A DNA stretch of 64,000 nt from a virus (IMGVR_UViG_3300005259_000074:117956-181955), one strand, 5' to 3'; shown: positions 1 to 10,694, counted from the first letter of the stretch. The notes: generated from the letters alone by a model not told the origin. Program-made: numbers and translations.

Positions 1-1
1 G

Positions 2-379
2 AATCCTAAGACACCACAAGACGTGCTAAGGAAAGCTGCTAAACATCACAGTCAGTACGTTCGATATTACGTAGCAGGGAATCCCAATGCGCATCCTGAC
101 GATCTACACAACTTAGCTAATGAGAAAAGTCATCATACAAGAAGTGAGGTCGCAAGCAATCCTAATACCAGTGAAAAGACTCTTTTGAAATTGGCCGACG
201 ACACGAATAATATCGTGAAAACTAACGTGGCTGACCACCCCAACGCTACTGAAAGAGTGTTGAACGCACTTTTAAAACATAAGAGAGAGGGGAACCAGGA
301 CCTAAGTCATGGAAACGTCGAGTTTGCTGTGGATATAGCCAGAAAGAAACTCAAGAAGAAACTTGAGAAGAAAGATTAA
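2..379 (+). CDS. LRV/HEAT-like repeat protein, 5' partial
   Basis: Repeats of VAxNPN(T/A)xxxxLxxLAxD; frame is open to the left edge of the window. Confidence 0.7.
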   Translation, partial: NPKTPQDVLRKAAKHHSQYVRYYVAGNPNAHPDDLHNLANEKSHHTRSEVASNPNTSEKTLLKLADDTNNIVKTNVADHPNATERVLNALLKHKREGNQDLSHGNVEFAVDIARKKLKKKLEKKD

Positions 380-426
380 GATATATTAGGACGGGAACGT
401 TCCCGTCCGCAAATTCGAGGAGAAAC

Positions 427-903
427 ATGAGTAAATTCGAAGAACTCTGCGAGAGCATCCTGTCGGAAGCGAAAGCTGCTGACAAGGAAGTCAAAGGTAG
501 GAACTCCAAGGGCCAACTGCGGGGTCCCGAAGGTACTCACTCTCTCGGCGGCGGCTTCTACGGTAAGAACAAGGGCGAAGCTGAGTACAGGAAGGTCGAC
601 GGAAAGTTCGAGAAGATAGACTCCACCACTCACCACATAGACCTAGACATCGCCGACGAGCGCGGCTTACTCCGAAATAAGAATAAACTGCCTTTCAAGC
701 ATATTGTCAAGGTCAAGCAGCACGGGCCAGGCGGCGGGAACCCGGTCTACAGGTTCGCAGCAGACAGACACACGCTGCACCGCTACATACACAAGCACTA
801 CGCGAACGACGCAGAAGAAGCCAGAGAGCTGATGAACAGCGCGAAGAAGTCTTCCGACGACGAGCTGAAAGAGCTCAAGAAGATGGAGAAAGCCGAGCAT
901 TGA
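427..903 (+). CDS. Hypothetical protein, possible internal head protein
   Basis: SD GAGGAG; N-terminus MSKFEELCESILSE resembles T4 capsid-targeting propeptides. Confidence 0.6.
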   Translation: MSKFEELCESILSEAKAADKEVKGRNSKGQLRGPEGTHSLGGGFYGKNKGEAEYRKVDGKFEKIDSTTHHIDLDIADERGLLRNKNKLPFKHIVKVKQHGPGGGNPVYRFAADRHTLHRYIHKHYANDAEEARELMNSAKKSSDDELKELKKMEKAEH

Positions 904-1175
904 CGGTCGAGAACCTTCTAACGTTGAAGAAAAGACCCATGTGGCAGCTGTACTTATCTAACTGTCTAGTATTAAACGGTTGGACTGCTACTGTGTTTAA
1001 CAACGGTGATGTCAGGCTGAGAAAGAAGTTCGGCGTCGGTAAAGGGGAACACGAGTTGACTATAAGTCTTAAGACTACTGTGATATCTAGAGAGATGTTC
1101 GTAGATGCTCTGAAGAGGTTCTGCGACCGCTCAGACCCCGAGAATGTAGTTGACAAGTTCTCTGGAGTCGTTTAA
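900..1175 (+). CDS. Hypothetical protein
   Basis: 91-aa ORF coupled to the upstream stop, fills the gap. Confidence 0.55.
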   Translation: MTVENLLTLKKRPMWQLYLSNCLVLNGWTATVFNNGDVRLRKKFGVGKGEHELTISLKTTVISREMFVDALKRFCDRSDPENVVDKFSGVV

Positions 1176-1193
1176 CAACTCGGAGGACTCTAC

Positions 1194-2249
1194 ATGGCGT
1201 CATCGAATCTCCTGCAGAACTTCTACTCGAAGTTCGGAGCGTCTGGAGCGAAGGGGAAGAACACCGATCCCCACTTCAACTTCTCTCGTAACTATCTCTG
1301 CGCAATGTCGTTCTCGTTCCCAAAGGGAATCCCCTTCCCGACCGAGTACACACTGCAAGACATAACACTGATGTCTCAAGCTGTCAACACCCCGGACATC
1401 GAGCTGTCGGGCGTAGAGCGCGAGTCGACAGTCGAGATCAAGAACTTGGGCGGTTCGTGGACAGGCGTCGGCGAAGTCAACGTACAACCGGTAGACAACA
1501 CGTTCAACATATCTCTCATCGACACCGTCAGACCGGTGCACGAGATGTTCTTCCTCCCGTGGTTGAAGTACGTCGTAGAGGCCAACCGCCGTCCACCTGA
1601 TTCAGAAGTGGGCAGTGGAGGTACAGACCAAGAGTACCCGTTCGCTCGCGCGGTCCTCCACCTCATGTTCTTCAACAACATCAGTAGTCCGAGTCTAGCT
1701 CTAGACAGCGACGTAGCTCTCGAGTACATCATAGACGGAGTGTTCCCCGTAGAGATAGAGAACCGTAAGATGGCGTACGGCGAACAGCAGAAACTGGTCA
1801 GGGACGTGAAATTCGCGTTCAACCGCATAGATTGTGTGACTCTTCCCAACGTCAACAAAGTTACAGAGGGGCTGTCGTACGCAACTCCCGCCGTCATCGA
1901 GGCGCCGATAGCACTAACTCCTCCAGCTAAAATCGTAGTTGAAGCTCCTAAGAAAGAGCAGACTCAGCCCACTACTCCCCCAGTGAACATAGTAGCTCCG
2001 CCAGATCAGACACTCAGACATTTCATCACTGTAGAACCGCAGACCGTGGTAGGGATAGATTTGTTGGGTGGTATAGCTGCTGCTGGCGCAGCTGGAATGG
2101 CCGGAGCTGGAGCCAGAGGAATTGCTTCTGCGGGTCTCAGAGGAGCTGTCAACGCCCAAGAAGTAGTAGTCGTCACCGACACCGTCGGTGGACGTGGGAG
2201 TCCAGCTGCCTCGGTAGATGCCTTCGGAAACATCATCAGATTCCGCTAA
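1194..2249 (+). CDS. Tail tube / tube-initiator family protein (T4 gp19/gp54-like) with Pro- and Ala/Gly-rich C-terminal extension
   Basis: QAVNTPDIEL..FNISLID..FFLPW..DGVFPVEI..VKFAF pattern; position before hub genes; SD GGAGG. Confidence 0.6.
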   Translation: MASSNLLQNFYSKFGASGAKGKNTDPHFNFSRNYLCAMSFSFPKGIPFPTEYTLQDITLMSQAVNTPDIELSGVERESTVEIKNLGGSWTGVGEVNVQPVDNTFNISLIDTVRPVHEMFFLPWLKYVVEANRRPPDSEVGSGGTDQEYPFARAVLHLMFFNNISSPSLALDSDVALEYIIDGVFPVEIENRKMAYGEQQKLVRDVKFAFNRIDCVTLPNVNKVTEGLSYATPAVIEAPIALTPPAKIVVEAPKKEQTQPTTPPVNIVAPPDQTLRHFITVEPQTVVGIDLLGGIAAAGAAGMAGAGARGIASAGLRGAVNAQEVVVVTDTVGGRGSPAASVDAFGNIIRFR

Positions 2250-2291
2250 TTCCCCACCTAATAAATAGATCTAAACACGGAGGCCTCACGC

Positions 2292-3119
2292 ATGAAGTCA
2301 GATGTTCTAGTCAAATTGTTGAAAGAGTCTAATGGTTCCCACGTGTACGATGTGTGGGTTCCATCTATGAAACGCACAGTCAAATTCTTACCGCTAACCG
2401 TTGGACAGCAAAAGACCATCAGCAAACTCGCGATGGACGTGTCTTCAACTAAGATAGAAGACGAAATGACATATCGTCTGCAGAAGAAGGACGTCATAGT
2501 ATCGCTTGCTACCGAAATGTTAGACGAAGCGGCACTCACAGAAATAGACGCGATCGCGATATCCGCAGCAATCAGACGCTCTAATGTGATGGCTCCGCTG
2601 AAGATGACGATGAAGTGCGACTGCGGGGAAGAGATGGGTTTCGTCGTCGATTTTGATTCGATCATCACGAAGTGCAAAGAATTCAATTTCAAAGACGTTG
2701 AAGTAGAGAAAGTCATACAAGACAAGAAGTGGAAGATAATCCTCGGAGACGCGACGTTCGATGACTCTATCAGCTATAAGAACTTACAAGCGATGTACAG
2801 AGAAGAAGGAGCTGAACGTTTAGTGATAGACGTCGAAAAGTTCCAATTCATGGATTGGCCGGCGCAGTTCATCAAGAGGGTGTTCGTGGACGACGAAGAA
2901 GTGGAAGACATCCCAACGATGAGCTTGTTCGACAAGATAGGCTTCTTCATCAGCGCTCCACAAGAAGTGTGGTTCGGCGAGGGGAACGTACTAGACGCCT
3001 GCATGGCCAACTTCAACCAGAAGTACTACGGAGACTTGCTGTTCCAAGACGTTGTCTGCCCTAAGTGTAAGAAGACGCACAAGGGGGTCGTCTCCTATGA
3101 CAGTTTTTTTACGCTATGA
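2292..3119 (+). CDS. Baseplate hub assembly chaperone (T4 gp26-like)
   Basis: VPSMKRTVKFLPLTVGQQK motif, CDCG and CPKC zinc motifs, upstream of tape measure gene. Confidence 0.7.
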   Translation: MKSDVLVKLLKESNGSHVYDVWVPSMKRTVKFLPLTVGQQKTISKLAMDVSSTKIEDEMTYRLQKKDVIVSLATEMLDEAALTEIDAIAISAAIRRSNVMAPLKMTMKCDCGEEMGFVVDFDSIITKCKEFNFKDVEVEKVIQDKKWKIILGDATFDDSISYKNLQAMYREEGAERLVIDVEKFQFMDWPAQFIKRVFVDDEEVEDIPTMSLFDKIGFFISAPQEVWFGEGNVLDACMANFNQKYYGDLLFQDVVCPKCKKTHKGVVSYDSFFTL

Positions 3120-3286
3120 GAGACGGAGATGCATCGATGCTGATGTCTCTGTACCAGAGGGACATGTTCTTGAAAAAACACGGTTTCTCGGTGCAAGAGA
3201 TGAATGCTCTTCCGATGGCGGAGATCACGACATACGAAGCTATGATAGTGTCAGAGCTCGTAGAGCAGTCTAAGCAAAAGAATTGA
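3116..3286 (+). CDS. Small hub assembly protein (T4 gp51-like); absent from ORF track
   Basis: Translated by hand: MRDGDASMLMSLYQRDMFLKKHGFSVQEMNALPMAEITTYEAMIVSELVEQSKQKN; ATGA overlap with the upstream gene. Confidence 0.65.
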   Translation: MRDGDASMLMSLYQRDMFLKKHGFSVQEMNALPMAEITTYEAMIVSELVEQSKQKN

Positions 3287-3298
3287 GAGGAATGGCTG

Positions 3299-6061
3299 AT
3301 GGCGGGGATGACAAACGTGGGTGAAACTGGCACTGGTGGAGACTTCAAGACGATAGAGAAGTCTCTGAACGAGTTGTCAAAGTCTCTCAAAGAGACTGGT
3401 AAGACCATCCGCGAGGATTCTCGAAAGAGAGCTGAAGCAACTCTTCCTCGGCGAGAACACAGAGATGACACCTCAATCAGAGATGACATCGACAAGTCAA
3501 TAAGGTTCTTCTCGGAGAAGATAGACAAACTTGCGACCACCTCGGAAGCATTGGCGAACTCTATCGAAGAGATAGAGAGGTCAAAAGATCTTCCAACGCG
3601 TCTGCTAGCTAACATAAAGTCGGGTACTCCTGAGTATGCTCCGTTCAAAAATAGAGAAGCGGAACTGAGCAAGAGGATAAAAGACGCCGACAGGCAGTTA
3701 GAGTCTCTCCGAAGAGAGCGCGTAGCTAACGAGAAGTTCCAAGAAGAACTCACGAAACTGATAGAACTCCAACAAGGACAGATGGAAGCGCCGGGAGGTA
3801 AGACTTCCAACGCAATGTACAACAAGTTCTCCGCACTGGGAGAGACTGTTCCAGGCAACGTCAAAGCGCAAATGTTCCTTCAAGCGAAGGGTCTCAGAGC
3901 TGCGATGAAAGACATTGGCACCCCAAGAGATGCCATTTCTAATCAGATGAAGCAGATCCAGGACAAGATCGACCGTAACATGGACTTAGCGTTCCGCGGG
4001 GCATCTACCGGAAAAGACGAGAAAGGTCGTTTCCGCAGATTGACGACGCTTGCGATGAACGATGCAAGACAGCTATTAGACCTCCAGAAGCTCAAGACTA
4101 AGCAAGATTCCGACTTCAAGATGCTCAAAGACCGAGTCGAAAAAGAGAAGGGGCAATTCGCCAACATACTCGATACGCTGTACGGTCCAGCAGTCAATCC
4201 AAAGCTCAGAGTGCGCGAAGACTTGTTGAAGAAGCTCAATGAGAACATGGAAGACTTGACAGACAATATCGACGACCTCAAGACTAACCTCAAAGAGGCT
4301 GAATTATCTGAAAAGATAGCAGGGCTCCGTCGAAAGACAGAGAGGAGTTGGGTGTTGAACCCCGCTGAGATGCTGTCGAAGACGATCGGCAAGTATAAGG
4401 ACAAAGCCATAGCTGCTACTCTCGGTGGACTGGGTAAAGTGACTGGACTTAGCGCGTTGACTGCTAAGAGCCAATTGATAACAGCTGAACAAGAGGAAGA
4501 GGAGTTCGCTGAGAGTCGTCAAGAGAGACAGGCTAGTAAACACATTCGCTCTAGAAAACGCGAGCTCGAGCGCGAGCAATCGCGCATGGAAGCGACTGCT
4601 GATGAACTCGACGAGACTGTCACCAACATTGAAGAGATAAACGACGAACTGAGAGAAGTCAAGAAGCACTTTGAAGACGTGTACAGCATCGCTGGCATCA
4701 AAAAGGACCTAGCAGACATCCTTCCAGAAGCTGCAACTCCTGTTATGACCGAGAAGTACAGGAATAAGATAAAGACATTCAGAGGTAAGATCAATGCTGC
4801 TGGGACTGCCACGTCTGGCATCTCAGCTAACGATGCGCGGACTCGTGAAGAGAAGGCTGACAGAGTTCAAGAAGGCATAGAAGATGGAATTAATACTTTA
4901 GTAGACCTCGCGAAGAAAGAGCACAAGACCGAGAAAGCTAAGGAGAAGGGCGAGACTAAAGCATCATCTGGAATGGGGCTGACTGCGCTAGCTCTGGGGC
5001 TAGTCCAAGGCGTAGCTGGCTACGAAGCCGCTAAAGTCGCCAAACTGTGGTCATTCGCGAGCAAGATACCGGGGATGGCGAAGCTCGCCGCGCCAATGAA
5101 AACGATGATGTCGAGCAAACTAGCGCCCATCATCACAGGAGGGCGTGAAATTACTGCAGCTGCTAAGACTGGTCTTGGAGGGATAGCGAAGCTTGGAGGC
5201 ATGGGTGTCAAGGCTGCGTTAGGTGCCGAGACTGGAGCGAAAGCTCTCGGGTGGGGCGCTAAAGGACTCTCAATGATCAAGGGAGCTGCTACTTCCAAAA
5301 TATCATCAGTCCTTGGAACTGCTGGCAAAGTGGCAGGGGGCGTCGCGAAAGTGATGCCAATCATCGACGTGTTAGGACTCGCTTATGGTGGCTACAAAGG
5401 CGCAACGATGGACGATAAGTCTAAGCAAGCTGAGATAGAGAGGTTGCGCCAAGCTAACAGCACATTCTCTGGGGGTCTGTGGGAAGCTACGAAGACGTTC
5501 TTCAACCCAGTACAGCAAGGGAAGAACATTGCTCTAGCTGCCAGAGAAGGTGGTGGATTAGTCAGCGATCTCTATAAGAACCACATGGATGGAATAGCCG
5601 TCATGAAGAAGACGACTGCTCTCAAAGAGAGACAAATAAAGCACCTCCAGGACATGGGAGCTTCGGACTCCGACATTTCAGCTCTTCGAGGAGCGGCACT
5701 TGAGAACGACGACCTATTCCAGAAGAAGTACCGCGAGATACTGATGAAGAACAAAGACGCTGAGAAAGAAACTGCTAAAGCGTCCGCGGTGCCTCCAGCT
5801 AGCGCGGCAGAAGCACTGAGGAAAGCAACTGATATCGACTCGAAAGAAGTAGAAAAAGCTACCGATGCTGTCAAGACTTCTCCACAAGCTGCGAGAGATA
5901 AAGCGATTGCTGATGCCATGAACAGGGGATTTGAGATGGTCGCTGACACTATTGTGAAAAATAAGCCAGTCGTAACTACTATTGTTCCCAAAGGGAGCCC
6001 TCCTAGAGACAGCCGATACCCAGTGTTGAGTTCTGCTCTGCCGTCGGGTGCGGGAAACTGA
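3299..6061 (+). CDS. Tape measure protein
   Basis: 920 aa, coiled-coil N-half, Gly/Ala-rich amphipathic C-half; position after the chaperone genes. Confidence 0.7.
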   Translation: MAGMTNVGETGTGGDFKTIEKSLNELSKSLKETGKTIREDSRKRAEATLPRREHRDDTSIRDDIDKSIRFFSEKIDKLATTSEALANSIEEIERSKDLPTRLLANIKSGTPEYAPFKNREAELSKRIKDADRQLESLRRERVANEKFQEELTKLIELQQGQMEAPGGKTSNAMYNKFSALGETVPGNVKAQMFLQAKGLRAAMKDIGTPRDAISNQMKQIQDKIDRNMDLAFRGASTGKDEKGRFRRLTTLAMNDARQLLDLQKLKTKQDSDFKMLKDRVEKEKGQFANILDTLYGPAVNPKLRVREDLLKKLNENMEDLTDNIDDLKTNLKEAELSEKIAGLRRKTERSWVLNPAEMLSKTIGKYKDKAIAATLGGLGKVTGLSALTAKSQLITAEQEEEEFAESRQERQASKHIRSRKRELEREQSRMEATADELDETVTNIEEINDELREVKKHFEDVYSIAGIKKDLADILPEAATPVMTEKYRNKIKTFRGKINAAGTATSGISANDARTREEKADRVQEGIEDGINTLVDLAKKEHKTEKAKEKGETKASSGMGLTALALGLVQGVAGYEAAKVAKLWSFASKIPGMAKLAAPMKTMMSSKLAPIITGGREITAAAKTGLGGIAKLGGMGVKAALGAETGAKALGWGAKGLSMIKGAATSKISSVLGTAGKVAGGVAKVMPIIDVLGLAYGGYKGATMDDKSKQAEIERLRQANSTFSGGLWEATKTFFNPVQQGKNIALAAREGGGLVSDLYKNHMDGIAVMKKTTALKERQIKHLQDMGASDSDISALRGAALENDDLFQKKYREILMKNKDAEKETAKASAVPPASAAEALRKATDIDSKEVEKATDAVKTSPQAARDKAIADAMNRGFEMVADTIVKNKPVVTTIVPKGSPPRDSRYPVLSSALPSGAGN

Positions 6062-6098
6062 AGTAAATAGTTCTAGAACAACTCCGCGGAGATCTTTA

Positions 6099-7298
6099 AT
6101 GGCCAGCAACACTAACCAGCAGTCAACTAGCATCTCTGGACCGGGAGACGTCAGGTACGAGCTGACATTCAGGAGCGGCAAAGGAGCTGCGACCCCATCG
6201 ACTAACGTGCAGAACGGCACGACTGCTGCCAACACTAACACAGCTTACAGTATCAATGACTACACATGGGCTCAGGGATTTGGAGATGGAAGAGCTTTCG
6301 GCTCTACGTCAGATCTAGGTCTCGCTGTTCCGAAGTTGATATGCACCGAGTTCCAACCGACTAGGACATTCGGATGGAACACCCTCTTGGGTGAGACGCT
6401 GAACTCACTGACGGGATTCCTCGGTGGTTTAGGTGGAGGTTGGGGTGAAAAAGCGGCTGGAGTACTGACCGATAAGATAGTGTTCAACCCTCAGACATTT
6501 TTGAACTCCTATGCGCAAGGTGGTGGGAAGTCTGCGCTGGGCACTGAGAGCATGACGTTCATCAAGCAACTATTCACTGGCATATACCTAAAATCGTACG
6601 AACTTCCCTATTTTGGGAAGACGTTCATCAATGCCGACACATCAGATTCGTGGTCGGTCGGTGGTTCTGACGTCGCGATAGGCACCACTGCGAGCAAATT
6701 CTTAGAGGAAAGGTACTCGATAAACTTCCCGATGGTGCCCGTGTGGAACCACGGTAAAGACAACTATCTTAACTTCGATTTCGACTTCTATCTCATCAAT
6801 ACAAGCGTAGACTCGCTAGTCAGTAACTTCAAGTTCTTGACGGCCTTCGCCTCTGGCAACTTTTGGGTGCAGTTGGGCATGGTGCAGCAGTCCCCTAACG
6901 TATGGGACATACAAGTGCCGGGTCGGTTCCACATATACTTCGCAGCGATGGGAGTGAAAGTCGAGTACGCTGGTAAGACGCGCTTGAGCTCGGCTGCTAC
7001 TAACAAGCTGAACGGCTCCGGGTCATACAGCCTCCCATCTGACATGTTGTTCCCAGATGCTTACCACGTGGAGATAACTGTGAAATCTTTCACGCCGAAC
7101 AACTTCAACTGCTTCTTGGAGTACTTCAAGAACGGAGACAAGGTGACGGTGGGCGACTCTACGACTACTATCGGCAACGTCAAGTCCGGACAGCAGGTCA
7201 CATCGCTAGACCCGAACAAAGCTGCGGTGAATACCCTCATCAACACGACGGGGTCAACTGATCTCGTCAACCAAGCTAGAAAAATGATGAACAAGTGA
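6099..7298 (+). CDS. Baseplate/tail-tube junction protein (gp48-like, tentative)
   Basis: Synteny between tape measure and gp53; ATG 6099 with GGAG SD preferred over 6048. Confidence 0.45.
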   Translation: MASNTNQQSTSISGPGDVRYELTFRSGKGAATPSTNVQNGTTAANTNTAYSINDYTWAQGFGDGRAFGSTSDLGLAVPKLICTEFQPTRTFGWNTLLGETLNSLTGFLGGLGGGWGEKAAGVLTDKIVFNPQTFLNSYAQGGGKSALGTESMTFIKQLFTGIYLKSYELPYFGKTFINADTSDSWSVGGSDVAIGTTASKFLEERYSINFPMVPVWNHGKDNYLNFDFDFYLINTSVDSLVSNFKFLTAFASGNFWVQLGMVQQSPNVWDIQVPGRFHIYFAAMGVKVEYAGKTRLSSAATNKLNGSGSYSLPSDMLFPDAYHVEITVKSFTPNNFNCFLEYFKNGDKVTVGDSTTTIGNVKSGQQVTSLDPNKAAVNTLINTTGSTDLVNQARKMMNK

Positions 7299-7302
7299 AA
7301 AC

Positions 7303-7665
7303 ATGCAAGTATCAGATCTAGTCACACTGAGCCAGTACAACTTCGCGAACATATTCGACGTCGCGAAGAACTCCGACGGGAACTACGGGTTCGTCATCAA
7401 CAAGTCGGTGTACATCCCCAATCCAGATATGATGTACACCACGTACTACACCAACTACACAGTAGAGGTGAACGACACCTGGCCGCTGATCAGCTACAAG
7501 ACCTACGGCACTACTGAGCTGTGGTGGTTGGTGTGCAAGACTAACCAAGTGATAGATGCTACGGTGTCTCCCAATCCCGGAGACATCATACGCCTCCTGA
7601 CTAAGGAGATAGCACAGGGCATTCTCAACTCGATGCAGAACGTCGGGCAAGTGGTGGAGAGCTGA
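7303..7665 (+). CDS. Baseplate wedge protein gp53-like (LysM-type)
   Basis: YTVEVNDTWPLISYKTYGTTELWWLVCKTN. Confidence 0.8.
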   Translation: MQVSDLVTLSQYNFANIFDVAKNSDGNYGFVINKSVYIPNPDMMYTTYYTNYTVEVNDTWPLISYKTYGTTELWWLVCKTNQVIDATVSPNPGDIIRLLTKEIAQGILNSMQNVGQVVES

Positions 7666-8933
7666 TGATCAGTCCAAACATACAGCTGAACGACGACAAG
7701 TACTTCCGGGAAATAGTCATCGGGCGCATGAAAGATGACACTACTAACACAGTCTTTGACAAGTTAGTAGTGCCAGACGACTCCGTACACAACATGACGC
7801 TGACAACAGACGTAGCAGAACCCTACCCGACGCTGACTATCACCGTAGCAGACCCGGACGGGGGTAAGAGCGTGCCGAAGTACCAGCCAGACGGTTACAG
7901 CGTCATCCAGCTGACTTTCTCCTACTATGACACCTCTTCTAACAAGCCTTACACGATGCAGCACCGGTTCGTCATAACTAACTGCGAGATAGTCAGCAGG
8001 ACCAACGAAGAAGCTATATTCCTACTGACGGCTGTCACATTCTACTACCCAATACTGAACGCGAGAGTGGCTTACGCCGACCAGAACGACACCTCTTGCA
8101 CAAGGCACATACAGAGCCTCTTGAAGACGGTCGGTCTCCCTGTCGCTGCGCCCGCTGGGTTCAACCACTCTTCTAGGAAGATGCCCTTTACGTCTACGGC
8201 CAACGACACCGTTATGGCAAACGTCAACTTCTTACTAAAGCACTCGAACACCGCTGACACAGGGATATACTGGCTCTGCTTCAACATGCTAGACAACCAG
8301 TACAGCGTAGTGTCGCTCAAAGACCTGTTCAAGTCTAAACCGCTGTACTTCAACGCGACTACCGTCGGCACTAAGCACGGCTTTAGCTCTATGGAAGCCC
8401 TGTCGGACGCCGAGCGGACTAATAACTACATCGGTGGAGTAGAGATGTACGACTTCGCCAGCCAGACTACGGTACACAACTTCGACTACGCTACGCGCAC
8501 ATGGAACCCCAACGTGTATCCGACTAAGAGGATCCGTCAGTTCTTTCCTCGAAGTCCAGACTTACAAGACAGGATAGTCGACCACCTAGTCGTGAACGTC
8601 CCTAGCTCTTACACGCGCAAGGGGGCTAAGTTCGAGATACAGCGCGCAAACACCACGGAACAGATGCTGGGAGACAGAGTCGACAAAGTGCTGCGCTACG
8701 GAGACGTGCTGCAGCTAGATGTCAGGGGTTTCATAGCGAGAGACGTCGGACAGCTCTTCGTGGTGTCGGCCAGCAGAGACGACGACGCCAACTTCAAGAA
8801 GTTCTCGGGTGTCTACGCTATCACCAGGGTGTACAGCACGTGGACAAGGGGCATATACAACCAGAACTTGAGCTTGGTCAGAGTGCAAAAACCATCGTAC
8901 TACTTGCAGAGCGGCAGCATCGGCGCTAACTGA
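7665..8933 (+). CDS. Baseplate hub protein (gp27/VgrG N-terminal-like)
   Basis: C-terminal LDVRG..DVGQ..FSGVYAITRV pattern; synteny. Confidence 0.6.
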   Translation: MISPNIQLNDDKYFREIVIGRMKDDTTNTVFDKLVVPDDSVHNMTLTTDVAEPYPTLTITVADPDGGKSVPKYQPDGYSVIQLTFSYYDTSSNKPYTMQHRFVITNCEIVSRTNEEAIFLLTAVTFYYPILNARVAYADQNDTSCTRHIQSLLKTVGLPVAAPAGFNHSSRKMPFTSTANDTVMANVNFLLKHSNTADTGIYWLCFNMLDNQYSVVSLKDLFKSKPLYFNATTVGTKHGFSSMEALSDAERTNNYIGGVEMYDFASQTTVHNFDYATRTWNPNVYPTKRIRQFFPRSPDLQDRIVDHLVVNVPSSYTRKGAKFEIQRANTTEQMLGDRVDKVLRYGDVLQLDVRGFIARDVGQLFVVSASRDDDANFKKFSGVYAITRVYSTWTRGIYNQNLSLVRVQKPSYYLQSGSIGAN

Positions 8934-8936
8934 TCT

Positions 8937-8944
8937 TATAAATA
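8937..8944 (+). promoter_or_regulatory. T4-type late promoter TATAAATA
   Basis: Exact motif 30 nt upstream of ATG 8974. Confidence 0.75.
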
Positions 8945-8973
8945 ACGAGAACCAACTAACGGAGCGAATTGAC

Positions 8974-9264
8974 ATGTCTAAACGCAACGAATTCTTGAAG
9001 ATCTACGAGAACGTTCGCATGAGCGATGAACAGAAACCCATGACAGAGAGCGTTGAGAGAGAATTGCAAGCTAAGTGTGTGGCGTCAGCGAAATCTCTGA
9101 ATGACGCTGAACGCGTGTTGCAGAAAGCTATCGACATCGCTTCGAAAGAAGTCAAGAAAGACGCGACTCTCGGAGACGTCGTGGGCGACCTCGTAGCAGC
9201 TAAGGAAACTCTCGTCAAGCTGGTCAAAGACATCAACGACATCGAGACTAAGCTCGTAGGGTAA
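8974..9264 (+). CDS. Small helical protein, possible head/internal protein
   Basis: Own late promoter and terminator; FLKIYE/MTE cleavage-like motifs. Confidence 0.6.
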   Translation: MSKRNEFLKIYENVRMSDEQKPMTESVERELQAKCVASAKSLNDAERVLQKAIDIASKEVKKDATLGDVVGDLVAAKETLVKLVKDINDIETKLVG

Positions 9265-9281
9265 AACTGATTCTTCACAGG

Positions 9282-9303
9282 GCGGGGAGTGATCCCCGCT
9301 TTC
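9282..9303 (+). terminator. Putative intrinsic terminator
   Basis: GCGGGGA-GTGA-TCCCCGC followed by TTTC. Confidence 0.55.
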
Positions 9304-9332
9304 TCAGTCTGTAGCGAAGATAAATACTATCG

Positions 9333-10694
9333 ATGAGCGACAAAGTAACAGTTCCCTACTACGGCAACTTCAGGGGGATAGTCATCTCTAACGACGATCC
9401 GCTTGTCAAAGGTCGTCTGAAGATATTTGTCCACGGCGTCTACCCAGAAGACTTCAAGGACAAGCCGGGAAAGCTCCCGTGGGCTGAGCCTGCTATGCCA
9501 CTGGGTGGAGGCAGTTGGACCAACGAGAACTCCGGGATGAACTCCGAGACTGGGGTGACTACTATCCCCCATGCCGGGAACTCCGGATCTAATGGCGCGA
9601 TACTATGGGTCTTCTTCGAACAGGGACAAGCTCAACGTCCTGTGTACTTCGCTGCGTGTCAAGGCGGAGACGGTTGGCTCAGCGAGCACAAAAACCAACA
9701 CGTCATGAAGACAGATAACGTCACCGTGAGGATCGACGAGAACCCGTCTCTTCCGACGGCTGTCAACCCAGCTCTGGTGTTCAAGTTCAGCTACGTCAAG
9801 ACGCAAGTGGATTCTAATGGGACTAACTCTACCGTCAACCAGGAGTCTAGGCAGTTCAGCTCGTACGAAGCTGGAGAAGCTTGGATAGGGACTGTCGAAT
9901 CAGCGTTAGAGGTGAACCAGAACATAACGTGGGACTGGGTGAGGCTGGCAGATTCTGGAGTCGAGAGGTCGTCGTGTAAGTTCGACAGTTACAACTCGAA
10001 GAACACCGCAGTCTCCATAGGCGACGACTCCAAGAGCCAGATGCCGACTCGCGTAGACGTGCAGATAGACAACCCAACTGGCTGTGGGCTCAACTTGGTG
10101 GTCAACGGCGCGGTCAACATCAAAGTGGTGGGGTCAGTCTACGAGGAGATAACCGGCAACAAGCACGAGACGCTGATTGGCAACCTCTACAGAAAGCACG
10201 TGGGAGACTCTTACATCGTCCACGAGGGAGTCGTCAAGTACGAACACACAGGCGACTACTCGGAGACCAGCGTAGGCGACAAATACATAAAGCAAACAGG
10301 CATGAGACAGGAATTCGTCACCAACAAGTACACACTGGTGACGCAGTCTGACTACAGCCTCACCGCTGCCAACAACATAACTGACACAGCAGGAGGAAAC
10401 CTCGTAGAGAACATCACTGGAACGAGGGCCGCAAGAGTCGGAGGTTCAGTGAATTACATCGCAGCAGGTGATTACATCGCGATGGTCAGTGGAAAAAATT
10501 TACAGATGTCAGGTGGAGACGCTGTCCAGATGGCGATCGCGGGAAACACTCATAGGTACGCGTTCGGAGGCACTGTGCTAGACAAAGGTCTGACTTGCAC
10601 TAGGAAAGCTTCTACTTACGTCTACGACTACGCTGGAAGTCAGATACACCACGACCAAGCAGCATACAGTCCAACTCCTGAGGTGACACTGTGA
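9333..10694 (+). CDS. Baseplate central spike (gp5/Vgr-like, no lysozyme domain seen)
   Basis: RGIVISNDDPLVKGRLKI..LPWAEP..VFFEQG..PVY OB-fold and C-terminal VxG beta-helix repeats. Confidence 0.85.
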   Translation: MSDKVTVPYYGNFRGIVISNDDPLVKGRLKIFVHGVYPEDFKDKPGKLPWAEPAMPLGGGSWTNENSGMNSETGVTTIPHAGNSGSNGAILWVFFEQGQAQRPVYFAACQGGDGWLSEHKNQHVMKTDNVTVRIDENPSLPTAVNPALVFKFSYVKTQVDSNGTNSTVNQESRQFSSYEAGEAWIGTVESALEVNQNITWDWVRLADSGVERSSCKFDSYNSKNTAVSIGDDSKSQMPTRVDVQIDNPTGCGLNLVVNGAVNIKVVGSVYEEITGNKHETLIGNLYRKHVGDSYIVHEGVVKYEHTGDYSETSVGDKYIKQTGMRQEFVTNKYTLVTQSDYSLTAANNITDTAGGNLVENITGTRAARVGGSVNYIAAGDYIAMVSGKNLQMSGGDAVQMAIAGNTHRYAFGGTVLDKGLTCTRKASTYVYDYAGSQIHHDQAAYSPTPEVTL

